Assembly: GCA_024280895.1 (NCBI GenBank)
Contig: JAJRPI010000056.1
Span: 29,314-93,313 of the forward strand
Reading direction: 5' to 3'
DNA from: Alphaproteobacteria bacterium
GTDB taxonomy: Bacteria; Pseudomonadota; Alphaproteobacteria; Rhizobiales; JAKIUO01
Length of the DNA stretch: 64,000 nucleotides
Each line of letters begins with the position of its first letter. Position 1 is the stretch's first letter. Shown here in pieces: positions 27,667-36,578 of this stretch. Both the position numbers and the translations under genes were made by a program. A model generated the notes under the pieces. It saw only the letters and a list, made by a program, of their open reading frames with translations. It did no database searches and was not told the DNA's origin.

Positions 27667-30111
27667 ATGGCAAGAGAAAAGCTAGTTGTGATTGGCAATG
27701 GAATGGCAGGGATGCGCTGCGTCGAGGAGTTGCTGGAACGCGCCCGCGATCACTATGACATCACGGTGTTTGGCGATGAGCCCTATGGTAATTACAACCG
27801 CATTTTACTGTCACCGGTGCTGGCAGGCGAAAAAACCATTGATGAAATCATGCTCAATGATGAAGCCTGGTATGCTGAAAATGACATTACGCTCATTCAT
27901 GGGACCGGTAAGCGCGTTGAAGAAATCCGCCGCGACCGCAAAGTTGTGATCACGCAAGATGGCCTTGAACAGCCCTATGATCGCTTGTTGATCGCCACGG
28001 GCTCCAAGCCGTTCATGCTGCCTTTGCCGGGTGCTGATCTTGACGGGGTCATCGCCTTTCGCGACATCAAGGATGTGGACACCATGTTGGCGGCCGCTCA
28101 AACCTATAAGAGCGCCGTTGTCATTGGCGGGGGTCTGCTGGGCCTTGAAGCGGCCAATGGCCTGATGAAAAACGGCATGAGCGTTACCGTTATTCATCTG
28201 CTTGACAGCTTGATGGAGATGCAACTGGATGATGCTGCCGCCAGCATGCTTAAAGCCTCGCTCATAGAGCGCGGCCTCAAATTCGAGATGAAAGCCAGCA
28301 CCAAAGAGCTGGTCGGTACGTCACGCGTTGAAAAAGTTGTGCTGGATAATGGCAGTGAAATCGACGCTGACCTCGTTGTCATGGCGGTGGGTATTCGCCC
28401 CAATATCGAGCTGGCGCAAAAGGCCGGTATCCATTGTGAGCGCGGCATTGTTGTCGATGACACCATGCTGACTTTTGATCCAGCCGTTCATGCGATTGGC
28501 GAGTGTGCCCAGCATCGCGGTATTGCCTATGGTCTGGTGGCGCCTTTGTTCGAGCAAGCCAAGGTTTGTGCTAATCATCTGGCGCAAAAAGCGTTTGCCT
28601 CTTACAAGGGGTCGACCACTTCAACCAAGCTTAAAGTCACCGGAATTGATCTGTTTTCCGCCGGAGATTTCAAAGGCGGTGATGATTGCGAAGAGATTGT
28701 GCTGGAAGATAAAAAAGCAGGTATCTATAAAAAGATTGTGCTTGAAAATGACAAGGTCAAGGGCGCCGTTCTTTATGGCGACACCATCGATGGGGCCTGG
28801 TATTTCCAGCTAATGCGCGAGAAGTCTGACGTCTCGCAAATGCGCCGCTCGCTGATGTTTGGGCAAAGTCATGTGGGCGATAGTGGCACCGGCGGCATGG
28901 ATGTTATGAGCATGTCCGATGACACAGAAGTGTGTGGTTGTAACGGCGTTAGCAAGGGCGATATTACCTACGCCATTTCCAGTAAGGGATTGTTTACGCT
29001 CGATGATGTTCGGTCTCATACCAAGGCGTCTTCGTCGTGCGGCACCTGCACCGGGCTGGTTGAGCAGCTTTTGATGGCGACGCTGGGTTCTGACTATTCA
29101 GCTTCTCCCAGCGAGAAAGCCATGTGCAAATGCACGGATCATTCTCATGACCGGGTGCGTCGTGCTATTGTAGACAATCAGATCAAAACCATTCCAGAGG
29201 TTATGAAATTCCTCGATTGGTCAACGCCTGATGGCTGCGCATCTTGTCGCCCCGCACTCAACTATTATCTGCTTTGTGCCTGGCCGAGCGATTATGTGGA
29301 CGATGGCCAGTCCAGATTTATCAATGAGCGCGCTCATGGCAATATCCAAAAAGATGGCAGTTATTCTGTGGTGCCGCGCATGTTTGGCGGGCTTTGCACC
29401 GCTGATGATTTGCGGACCATTGCGGATGTTTCTGATAAATATGGCGTACCTGAAATGAAGGTGACGGGCGGGCAACGCATTGATTTGTTTGGCGTTAAAA
29501 AAGAAGACCTCCCCGATATGTGGGCCGATTTATCGGACGCTGGATTTGTATCGGGGCATGCTTATGGCAAGGCCATGCGTACTTGTAAAACCTGTGCTGG
29601 TGCCAACTGGTGCCGCTTTGGTACGCAGGATAGTACAGGACTTGGCGTCAAGATCGAAGAGCTTTCCTGGGGCTCGTGGATGCCGCACAAGTTCAAATTT
29701 GCCGTATCGGGTTGCCCGCGCAATTGCGCCGAGGCGACCATCAAGGACTTTGGCGTGGTGTGCGTCGATAGTGGCTATGAGCTGCATGTCGGCGGCAATG
29801 GCGGCATCAAGGTGCGCGTGACGGACTTTTTGACCAAGGTTGAAACGGAAGAAGATGTGCTGGAATGGGCAGGGGCCTTTTGTCAGTATTACCGCGAAGA
29901 GGCGCATTATCTGGAGCGTACGGCTCCCTGGATTGAACGCATTGGTCTGGCTCCTATCAAGGAAAAGCTGGAAGATGACAAGATCCGTCTTGAGCTTTAT
30001 GAGCGCTTTATCATCTCCCAGAAATCTGCGCAAATCGACCCGTGGAAAGAGCGCTCCAAGGGGGAGCTGACCAAAGAATTTTTACCGATCAAGGATCTGG
30101 TGGCAGGATGA
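27667..30111 (+). CDS. nirB: NAD(P)H-dependent assimilatory nitrite reductase large subunit
   Basis: Start MAREKLVVIGNGMAGMRCVEELL. BFD-like 2Fe-2S (CGCNG...CGTCTG). Siroheme/4Fe-4S site (CKTCAGANWCRFG ... SGCPRNCAE). Confidence 0.95.
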   Translation: MAREKLVVIGNGMAGMRCVEELLERARDHYDITVFGDEPYGNYNRILLSPVLAGEKTIDEIMLNDEAWYAENDITLIHGTGKRVEEIRRDRKVVITQDGLEQPYDRLLIATGSKPFMLPLPGADLDGVIAFRDIKDVDTMLAAAQTYKSAVVIGGGLLGLEAANGLMKNGMSVTVIHLLDSLMEMQLDDAAASMLKASLIERGLKFEMKASTKELVGTSRVEKVVLDNGSEIDADLVVMAVGIRPNIELAQKAGIHCERGIVVDDTMLTFDPAVHAIGECAQHRGIAYGLVAPLFEQAKVCANHLAQKAFASYKGSTTSTKLKVTGIDLFSAGDFKGGDDCEEIVLEDKKAGIYKKIVLENDKVKGAVLYGDTIDGAWYFQLMREKSDVSQMRRSLMFGQSHVGDSGTGGMDVMSMSDDTEVCGCNGVSKGDITYAISSKGLFTLDDVRSHTKASSSCGTCTGLVEQLLMATLGSDYSASPSEKAMCKCTDHSHDRVRRAIVDNQIKTIPEVMKFLDWSTPDGCASCRPALNYYLLCAWPSDYVDDGQSRFINERAHGNIQKDGSYSVVPRMFGGLCTADDLRTIADVSDKYGVPEMKVTGGQRIDLFGVKKEDLPDMWADLSDAGFVSGHAYGKAMRTCKTCAGANWCRFGTQDSTGLGVKIEELSWGSWMPHKFKFAVSGCPRNCAEATIKDFGVVCVDSGYELHVGGNGGIKVRVTDFLTKVETEEDVLEWAGAFCQYYREEAHYLERTAPWIERIGLAPIKEKLEDDKIRLELYERFIISQKSAQIDPWKERSKGELTKEFLPIKDLVAG

Positions 30112-30452
30112 ATAATATGAACAGCAAACATTGGATTGAAATTGGCCCCCTCAAGGACATTGCCGTGAAGGGCGCGCGCATCGTCAAGCATGCGGGCGGT
30201 GATATCGCCATTTTTCGCACCAGTGAAGACGAGGTCTACGCATTGGATAATAAATGCCCGCACAAAGGCGGCCCCTTGTCCGATGGCATCGTGCATGGTT
30301 GCCGCATCACCTGTCCCTTGCATAACTGGGTGCTGGAATTAAAGACCGGCAAGGCTGTCGCTCCCGATGAAGGGGAAGCCAAGACCTGGCCCGTCAAAGT
30401 TGAAGATGGCCTTATTTATCTGGGCACCGAAGATGATGTGGCGTTCGCGTAA
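30108..30452 (+). CDS. nirD: Nitrite reductase small subunit (Rieske-like)
   Basis: ATGA overlap with the nirB stop. CPHKGGPLSDG...CPLHNW. Confidence 0.9.
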   Translation: MNNMNSKHWIEIGPLKDIAVKGARIVKHAGGDIAIFRTSEDEVYALDNKCPHKGGPLSDGIVHGCRITCPLHNWVLELKTGKAVAPDEGEAKTWPVKVEDGLIYLGTEDDVAFA

Positions 30453-30478
30453 GCAGTGGTAAAAAGAGAAAGACACAG

Positions 30479-32683
30479 ATGTTATTTGGACGCGCAAAAA
30501 AGAACCCAGTGAAGATTGCCGACAAGGGGATCGTCGATTGGAAATATGCCACTTGCGGCTATTGCTCCACCGGCTGCTCCATTGAGGTTGGTCTGAACAA
30601 AGAGGGCAAGGCTGTGAGCTCGCGCGGCGTTGGTGGCGCGGATGTCAATCGCGGCAAGCTATGTCTCAAGGGCATTTTTGAACATGAATTATTCGACAGC
30701 GATGGGCGCGGCACCACCCCCATGATGCGCGATCATTATCATGAGGATTTTGCTCCAACGAATTGGGACACGGCACTGGATCGTACCCATGACGAGATCC
30801 GCCGCATTCAGGAAAAATATGGTCGCGACAGCTTCGCCATTATCTCCACCGGTCAGATGCTCACCGAAGAGTTTTACACGCTTGGCAAGCTCACCCGTGG
30901 TCTCATTGGCACCAATAATTATGACGGTAATACAACGCTTTGCATGAGTTCGGCCGTTTCTGGTTACAAGCGCTCCTTTGGCTCTGACGGTCCTCCTGGC
31001 TGTTATGAGGATTTTGAACATACCAATTGCCTCGTTGCATGGGGTTCCAATCTGTCCGAGCAGCATCCAATCATTTACTGGCGTATGAAAGACGCGCAGG
31101 AAAAACGCCCGTTCCCGCTCATTGTCATTGATCCGCGCGTCACCATGCTGGCCCAAAATGCCGATATGCACCTACCCATTACACCCGGCACCGATGTGGT
31201 TCTGCAAAATGCCTTGATGCACGTCATCTTGAAAGAGGGACTGGAGGACCGGCGCTATATCGACGCCAATACCAATGGCATCGCGCAGCTTGAAGCTGAG
31301 GTCGCCAAATATGATCCCGTCACCGCAAGTAAAATCTGCGGTATTGATGAGGACACCATCCAGACGGTGGCACGCCTGTTCGCCAAGGCCGGTGCGGCCA
31401 TGCAGATCTGGACAATGGGCATCAATCAAAGCACGCATGGATCAGATGGCGTGGTGGGCATCAATAATCTGGCGCTGATCACTGGCAATATCGGCAAACC
31501 GGGCGGCACTTCGCTTTCGATCACTGGTCAATGTAACGCAATGGGCACCAGAGAATGGTCGTCCTGCTCGGGATTGCCGGGATATCGGGCTTTGGAAAAT
31601 CCAGAGGACCGCGAGGAGATAGGTAAATTCTGGGGCTGTGATCCAGAGTTCTTTCCCAAAAAGCGCGGGCTTTATCAAACCGATATCTATCCCGCTATCG
31701 AAACCGGCCAGATCAAGGGCCTATGGTTGATCGCCACCAATCCCTTGAGCTCTTTGCCCAATACGGCGCGCATCAGAAAAAGTATGGAGCGACTGGAATT
31801 TTGTGTGGTGCAAGATTGCTATAAGGATACCGAAAGCGCGCAATATGCCCATGTCTATCTGCCAGCTGGTACCTGGGCGGAAAAAGAAGGGGTGATGACC
31901 AATACCGAGCGCCGGGTCAATATCGTCAAACCCATCATGAAGCCCCCCGGGGACGCCAAGCCCGATCTGTGGATTTTTAACCAGATGGCCAAGCGCTTCA
32001 ATCTGGATAAAAAGCTCAGCTTTCCTGAAAAAGCCGCTGATATTTTTCTGGAGATGACCAGGCTTTCCAAGGGGCGGCTGTCCGACATCACTGGTATGAA
32101 CCATGAAATGATCGAGAAAAACCGCGGCGTGCAATGGCCTTATACAGCGGAGCAGGCGGCTTCAGGCGAGGCACCGCCCAAAGGTGGCAAGCGGATCTAT
32201 ACCAAAGATGGAACCTTCAGTTATAAGGACGGCCGCGCCAAGCTGATCCCGCTGCCCTTTATTGATAATAATGAAGTGCCGGATGAAAAATTCCCGTTCT
32301 GGCTTAATACCGGCCGCTTGATCGAGCACTGGCACGGCCGCACCAAGACCGGCAAAGTGGCCGATAATAATAAATATGTGCCTATTCCCTTTATCGAGAT
32401 TAATCCAGATGCGGCTAGAGAGCTTGGCGTCCGGACCGGGGAATATGTGCGGCTGGTGTCGCGTCGTTCTGACGCCATTGTCATGGTCACGCCAACCGGG
32501 CGCGTCCCAAAAAACATGGTGTTCCTGCCATTCCATTTTTTCGATTGCGCCAACCGCTTGACCCTTGGCCTGCTCGACCCTCATTCGCGCCAGCCAGCCT
32601 ATAAGCAATCGGCCATCCGCATCGAGAAATTACCCGATCAGGCTGAGGCGGCAAAAGCCAGCATGGAAATGAGAGAATTTTGA
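30479..32683 (+). CDS. nasA: Assimilatory nitrate reductase-like Mo-bisPGD catalytic subunit (no Tat leader)
   Basis: N-terminal 4Fe-4S ligands CGYCSTGC...LCLKG. Molybdopterin oxidoreductase body. C-terminal FLPFHFFDCANRLTLGLLDPHSRQPAYKQSAIRIEK. No RR signal. Confidence 0.8.
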   Translation: MLFGRAKKNPVKIADKGIVDWKYATCGYCSTGCSIEVGLNKEGKAVSSRGVGGADVNRGKLCLKGIFEHELFDSDGRGTTPMMRDHYHEDFAPTNWDTALDRTHDEIRRIQEKYGRDSFAIISTGQMLTEEFYTLGKLTRGLIGTNNYDGNTTLCMSSAVSGYKRSFGSDGPPGCYEDFEHTNCLVAWGSNLSEQHPIIYWRMKDAQEKRPFPLIVIDPRVTMLAQNADMHLPITPGTDVVLQNALMHVILKEGLEDRRYIDANTNGIAQLEAEVAKYDPVTASKICGIDEDTIQTVARLFAKAGAAMQIWTMGINQSTHGSDGVVGINNLALITGNIGKPGGTSLSITGQCNAMGTREWSSCSGLPGYRALENPEDREEIGKFWGCDPEFFPKKRGLYQTDIYPAIETGQIKGLWLIATNPLSSLPNTARIRKSMERLEFCVVQDCYKDTESAQYAHVYLPAGTWAEKEGVMTNTERRVNIVKPIMKPPGDAKPDLWIFNQMAKRFNLDKKLSFPEKAADIFLEMTRLSKGRLSDITGMNHEMIEKNRGVQWPYTAEQAASGEAPPKGGKRIYTKDGTFSYKDGRAKLIPLPFIDNNEVPDEKFPFWLNTGRLIEHWHGRTKTGKVADNNKYVPIPFIEINPDAARELGVRTGEYVRLVSRRSDAIVMVTPTGRVPKNMVFLPFHFFDCANRLTLGLLDPHSRQPAYKQSAIRIEKLPDQAEAAKASMEMREF

Positions 32684-33858
32684 TGTTTAAAACACGAAGC
32701 GACGAACCAAAATACGCTCATTTATGGGATAAAGAAACCAAGCTTGCCAATATTTATGGCGATACGATCGACCTTGTCGAGGGCAGCGATCTGCCAGCCG
32801 ATCAAAGCCTCAATATTAATGGCGATGGTTCGGTCGGCGACAATCCCAACCGCAACAAGCAACACGGTTTTTATTTCACCGCTGATAATTGCATTGGTTG
32901 CCATGCCTGCGAAGCGGCCTGTTCTGAAAAAAACGACAATCCCTCACATATCGCTTTTCGCTCGGTTGGTTTTGTGGAAAGCGGTAGCTATCCAGATTAC
33001 AACCGCCTCAATATCAGCATGGCTTGCAATCACTGCGATGATCCCGTTTGCCTGAAGGGTTGCCCAACGCGGGCCTACACGAAATTTGCCGAATATGGCG
33101 CGGTGCTGCAAGATCCTGACATTTGTTTTGGCTGCGGCTATTGCACCTGGGTCTGTCCCTATAACGCCCCGCAGCTTGATCCGGTTAAAGGCGAAGTGAG
33201 CAAATGCAATATGTGTGTTGATCGCTTGGAAGTCGGTCTTAAACCAGCTTGCGTTTCCGCTTGCCTTGGTAATGCGCTGGACTTTGGCGTCATCGAGAAT
33301 GTTCCTGAGCGCCGCGAGCAGGCCAAGGTGCAAATTCCCGGGTTTCCTGATCCAGGGATCAGCCATCCCAATATCCGCTTTTCTCTGTCGCGCACGCTGC
33401 AGAGGGTGTTCACCCGTCCCGACAGCGCGCCGCTCAAATATGTACGTGAGGGAGATGGTTTTAATCCTGTGGTCAATGAGGCGGCAGGCGTTGGCGAGCG
33501 CCAATGGAATCTCAAATCTCTGCTCACCAGCCATGAAAATGCGCATATTGTTTTCACGCTCTGCACGCAGGCGGTGATGGGGGCCTTTCTTTTGGTGCTG
33601 CTGGGTGGCTGGCTCGATCAGCCCTTATATACAACGGAGTTGTTTGTGCCTGTGATGGCCGCGCTGGTCGGCCTGTTGGGCTTTGGTCTGGCGGTGCTCA
33701 ATCTGCATCTGGGTAAGCCCATGCGGTTTTATCGCGGTTTCAACAATTGGCGCCTGTCGCCGGTGAGCCGCGAAATCGCCGGTGTGTCGCTGTTTTTTAC
33801 AGCCCTTTCCGGCTATGCCTTTTCGGCCTTCTGGGATCGCAATATCTGGGTATGCTGA
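32683..33858 (+). CDS. DmsB/NrfC-like 4x[4Fe-4S] polyferredoxin fused to about 3 TM helices of a DmsC-like anchor
   Basis: TGATG overlap with nasA. Four Cys clusters (CIGCHACEAAC; CNHCDDPVCLKGCP; CFGCGYCTWVCP; CNMC..ACVSAC). C-terminal helices follow (IVFTLCTQAVMGAFLLVLL, FVPVMAALVGLLGFGLAVL, IAGVSLFFTALSGYAFSAF). Confidence 0.75.
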   Translation: MFKTRSDEPKYAHLWDKETKLANIYGDTIDLVEGSDLPADQSLNINGDGSVGDNPNRNKQHGFYFTADNCIGCHACEAACSEKNDNPSHIAFRSVGFVESGSYPDYNRLNISMACNHCDDPVCLKGCPTRAYTKFAEYGAVLQDPDICFGCGYCTWVCPYNAPQLDPVKGEVSKCNMCVDRLEVGLKPACVSACLGNALDFGVIENVPERREQAKVQIPGFPDPGISHPNIRFSLSRTLQRVFTRPDSAPLKYVREGDGFNPVVNEAAGVGERQWNLKSLLTSHENAHIVFTLCTQAVMGAFLLVLLGGWLDQPLYTTELFVPVMAALVGLLGFGLAVLNLHLGKPMRFYRGFNNWRLSPVSREIAGVSLFFTALSGYAFSAFWDRNIWVC

Positions 33859-34499
33859 GTGCCCATAGCGTTGACCTGCTGATTGTTTTGCCAGGACTGG
33901 GGGCGGTTCTGGGGGCGGTTGTTGGTCTTTATTACATGATCAAACTCTATCTTATTCCAGCGCGGCCTTTCTGGAACCACTGGCAAACAGCCAGCAGTTT
34001 TGTCGGCTCTGCCATCACCCTTGGCATGCTTTTGTTAAGCAGTCTGACGGTTCTGGCTCAAGGGTTTCATATGGAGGTGAGAGCGGTGGCGCTGATATTA
34101 CTCGCCGGGCTAATGCTGGAAGCTATCGGCCTTGCTTTCCATGCACGCACCATGAAGCGGCAAGGCGGCGAAGGGGCGGCGTCGCATTTCGAACAAGTGA
34201 CGCGCTATGGCTTCCCCTATTTGTTACGTAATTTGTTGCTGGGGGGAAGCATTGTCTCCCTTGTCGGTGTCGCCCTATTCGGTTTGCCATTGGGAGGGGC
34301 AGGCATCGCCATTACCTTGCTGCTTGCTCTGTCTATTCTAGCAAGCGCCATTATCGGGCGCGCCCTGTTCTATGTGCTCGTCATTCCAACGACCATGCCG
34401 GGGGGCTTCTTCTGGCGCAATAAGGGCTTTGAGGAGCACGCAATTGAAACGGGTCTGGCTGATAAAATTCACGCCGGAATTGTTACGGGCAAGCATTGA
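33852..34499 (+). CDS. DmsC/YnfH-like membrane anchor, C-terminal portion (about 5 TM)
   Basis: ATGCTGA overlap with the previous gene. Very hydrophobic 215-aa product. It could be a separate coupled gene or the 3' part of one frameshifted gene. Confidence 0.6.
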   Translation: MLSAHSVDLLIVLPGLGAVLGAVVGLYYMIKLYLIPARPFWNHWQTASSFVGSAITLGMLLLSSLTVLAQGFHMEVRAVALILLAGLMLEAIGLAFHARTMKRQGGEGAASHFEQVTRYGFPYLLRNLLLGGSIVSLVGVALFGLPLGGAGIAITLLLALSILASAIIGRALFYVLVIPTTMPGGFFWRNKGFEEHAIETGLADKIHAGIVTGKH

Positions 34500-34527
34500 T
34501 CTAAGTTAATGAATGCGCTCGCCGCGC

Positions 34528-34810
34528 GGCGTCCTGTGCGGACAGCAGCAAGGGCGAGCCCTTGCAACCCTGTTTTGACTCTAAAGTTTGGCTTATGTGT
34601 AGGGTGTCAATAGCGATAGCGTATTGCACCGTTGCAGACTCAAATCGGTGCAATACGCTGCGCTATTGACACCCTACATTTTCGGAAACCTGCTCGTGGA
34701 TACGTAGCGATTTGTTGTTACGAGCTGATACGAACGAGAAAGCCCCTTTCACCCTCTTTAAAATGGGGATGAAAGGGGCTTGCCCTTTTCCGCTCGCCGC
34801 GTAGGCGATT
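34528..34810. repeat. Composite REP-like element, right copy (inverted), flanking the nas cluster
   Basis: 34528-34570 is the reverse complement of 23887-23929 (40/43 identical by my alignment). 34782-34810 is the reverse complement of 23759-23787 (27/29). The interior carries a 78-bp GTAGGGTG-type palindrome (34599-34676). Confidence 0.85.
34730..34781 (-). terminator. Candidate terminator hairpin downstream of fccB (part of the REP composite)
   Basis: Perfect 12-bp stem AAGCCCCTTTCA / TGAAAGGGGCTT (34740-34751 and 34770-34781). The minus strand is followed by TTCTCGTT. Confidence 0.4.
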
Positions 34811-34828
34811 AAATCTTACCTTATCGCA

Positions 34829-36109
34829 TCAAGTACCAAACATGTCTTTGGTGATGGCGTTGTACCAGCCAAAGAACTCTGCATAGGTTTGCTGGCGAAG
34901 CTGATCGCTTTCGCCGACCTTGGAGATCAGTTTGGACGTTGGCTCGATCTTGGTTTTACCAGCTTTATAGGTGGCACCGACCTTGATACCGTCATCAATG
35001 GCAAGGAAGCTCCAGCAGGTATTAGCATATTTGGCCGGGAAGGTCCGCGATCCAAGCAGTACACCGCGCACAGCCATGGCGCATGATTTGGCCTGCGAGT
35101 TGGCGGAGAACCCTGATTTTGGCATGGAAGCCGCAATACTCGTATCGCCGATCACATAGATATTAGGATCAACCGTTGATTGCATGCTGCCGGGTTTGAT
35201 TGGTGCCCATCCCGTTTTGTTGGTGAGGCCGGCATCTTTGGCAATGCGTCCACCGGTCATGGCAGGGATGACGCAACCAGCGTCTGCTTTGAAATTATCG
35301 AGACCGGTTTCGAATGTCATATTATCGGTATCGACGCGTTTTATTCCATCCAGCGATGACAGAGGATTCCATTCGATCATATCGCCATAATGACGTTTCC
35401 AACCGTCTTGGAATAGCGCCATTTTGGAGAATTTATCTTTGGGATCAAGAATGATGATCTTGGCTTTTGGATTGTGATATTTGAAATGATGCGCAATCAT
35501 CGAGACGCGCTCATATGGTCCTGGAGGACAGCGATACGGATTTGGCGGGGTCAGCATGACAAAGGTGCCGCCCTGTTTCATCGTGGTAACGCGGTTCTTG
35601 AGGAATTGTGCCTGCGTACCCGACTTCCAGGCATGCGGGAAAGTTCCAGAGCCAGAGACAGAATAGCCTGGCACGCTGTCATACTTAATATCGATGCCTG
35701 GTGAGACAATCAAGATATCGTAGGGAATGGAAGAGCCGCCACCAAGTACAACTTTTTTGCCGGCGCGATCAATGCTTGTTGCCCAGTCATGAACGACATT
35801 GATGCCGAACTTGGAGGCCAGCTTGTCATAGGAATGACCAATGCTTTCATATTTGCGGAAGCCGCCAATATAGAGATTTGAGAAGAAGCAGGTATAATAG
35901 CGTTTGGTCGGCTCCAGCAGAGTGACCTCTAGCTTGCCTTTGGAATCCTTGGCGAGATAACGCGCAACGGTCGCGCCGCCGGCTCCACCACCGATTACCA
36001 CAACTCTAGGTCTCCCAGCTCCAAACACGGCGCCAGTATTGGCGCTGAGCCCCAAAGTCAGGGCAGCAGCTCCTGTTAGTTTGCCGAATTGCCTTCGGTT
36101 CATTGTCAT
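34829..36109 (-). CDS. fccB: Flavocytochrome c sulfide dehydrogenase, flavoprotein subunit (FccB/SoxF type)
   Basis: Tat leader MTMNRRQFGKLTGAAALTLG. FAD motif VVVIGGGAGGATVARYL. FCSD-like body. Confidence 0.85.
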   Translation of the reverse strand: MTMNRRQFGKLTGAAALTLGLSANTGAVFGAGRPRVVVIGGGAGGATVARYLAKDSKGKLEVTLLEPTKRYYTCFFSNLYIGGFRKYESIGHSYDKLASKFGINVVHDWATSIDRAGKKVVLGGGSSIPYDILIVSPGIDIKYDSVPGYSVSGSGTFPHAWKSGTQAQFLKNRVTTMKQGGTFVMLTPPNPYRCPPGPYERVSMIAHHFKYHNPKAKIIILDPKDKFSKMALFQDGWKRHYGDMIEWNPLSSLDGIKRVDTDNMTFETGLDNFKADAGCVIPAMTGGRIAKDAGLTNKTGWAPIKPGSMQSTVDPNIYVIGDTSIAASMPKSGFSANSQAKSCAMAVRGVLLGSRTFPAKYANTCWSFLAIDDGIKVGATYKAGKTKIEPTSKLISKVGESDQLRQQTYAEFFGWYNAITKDMFGT

Positions 36110-36178
36110 CTCATTACTCCCTGTTTTGCGCCTCAATAGTCCATAGACTATTGATCGTTTTATCTGTTGCCTGTGAGG

Positions 36179-36499
36179 CTACTCAGTCGGCTCTACTGGT
36201 TTAATCGTTGCAAAATAAGCGGCAAGCGCTTCCATTTCTTCTGTTGTCATCGGCTCGGTTATCATCCGCATGACCGGATTTTCCCGTTCTTTGGCCTGGT
36301 AGGATTGCAAAGTCTTGACAAAGGCTTTGGTGTCCCAGCCAACAATTGAGGGGATCCCATTATCAACGCCGGTCAACTGATGGCATGTGACACAGGCCGT
36401 TGACAGATATTCCCCATACGCAATATCGCCTTCGCCATGTGCAGATATTGACCCGATCATCAGTGCTGCAAGTAACGTGAATAGGCGAACCATTGGCAT
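36179..36499 (-). CDS. Monoheme c-type cytochrome (FccA/SoxE-like partner)
   Basis: Signal peptide. Single CVTCH heme motif. Located 70 bp upstream of fccB on the same strand. Confidence 0.7.
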   Translation of the reverse strand: MPMVRLFTLLAALMIGSISAHGEGDIAYGEYLSTACVTCHQLTGVDNGIPSIVGWDTKAFVKTLQSYQAKERENPVMRMITEPMTTEEMEALAAYFATIKPVEPTE

Positions 36500-36578
36500 C
36501 CCTTTCTGTCGTCATTATCCTTGCTTGCCCGCTCGGTGAGGAGCCGGGCAAAAGGCCATTCCATTTTCTCCAGCCTGC

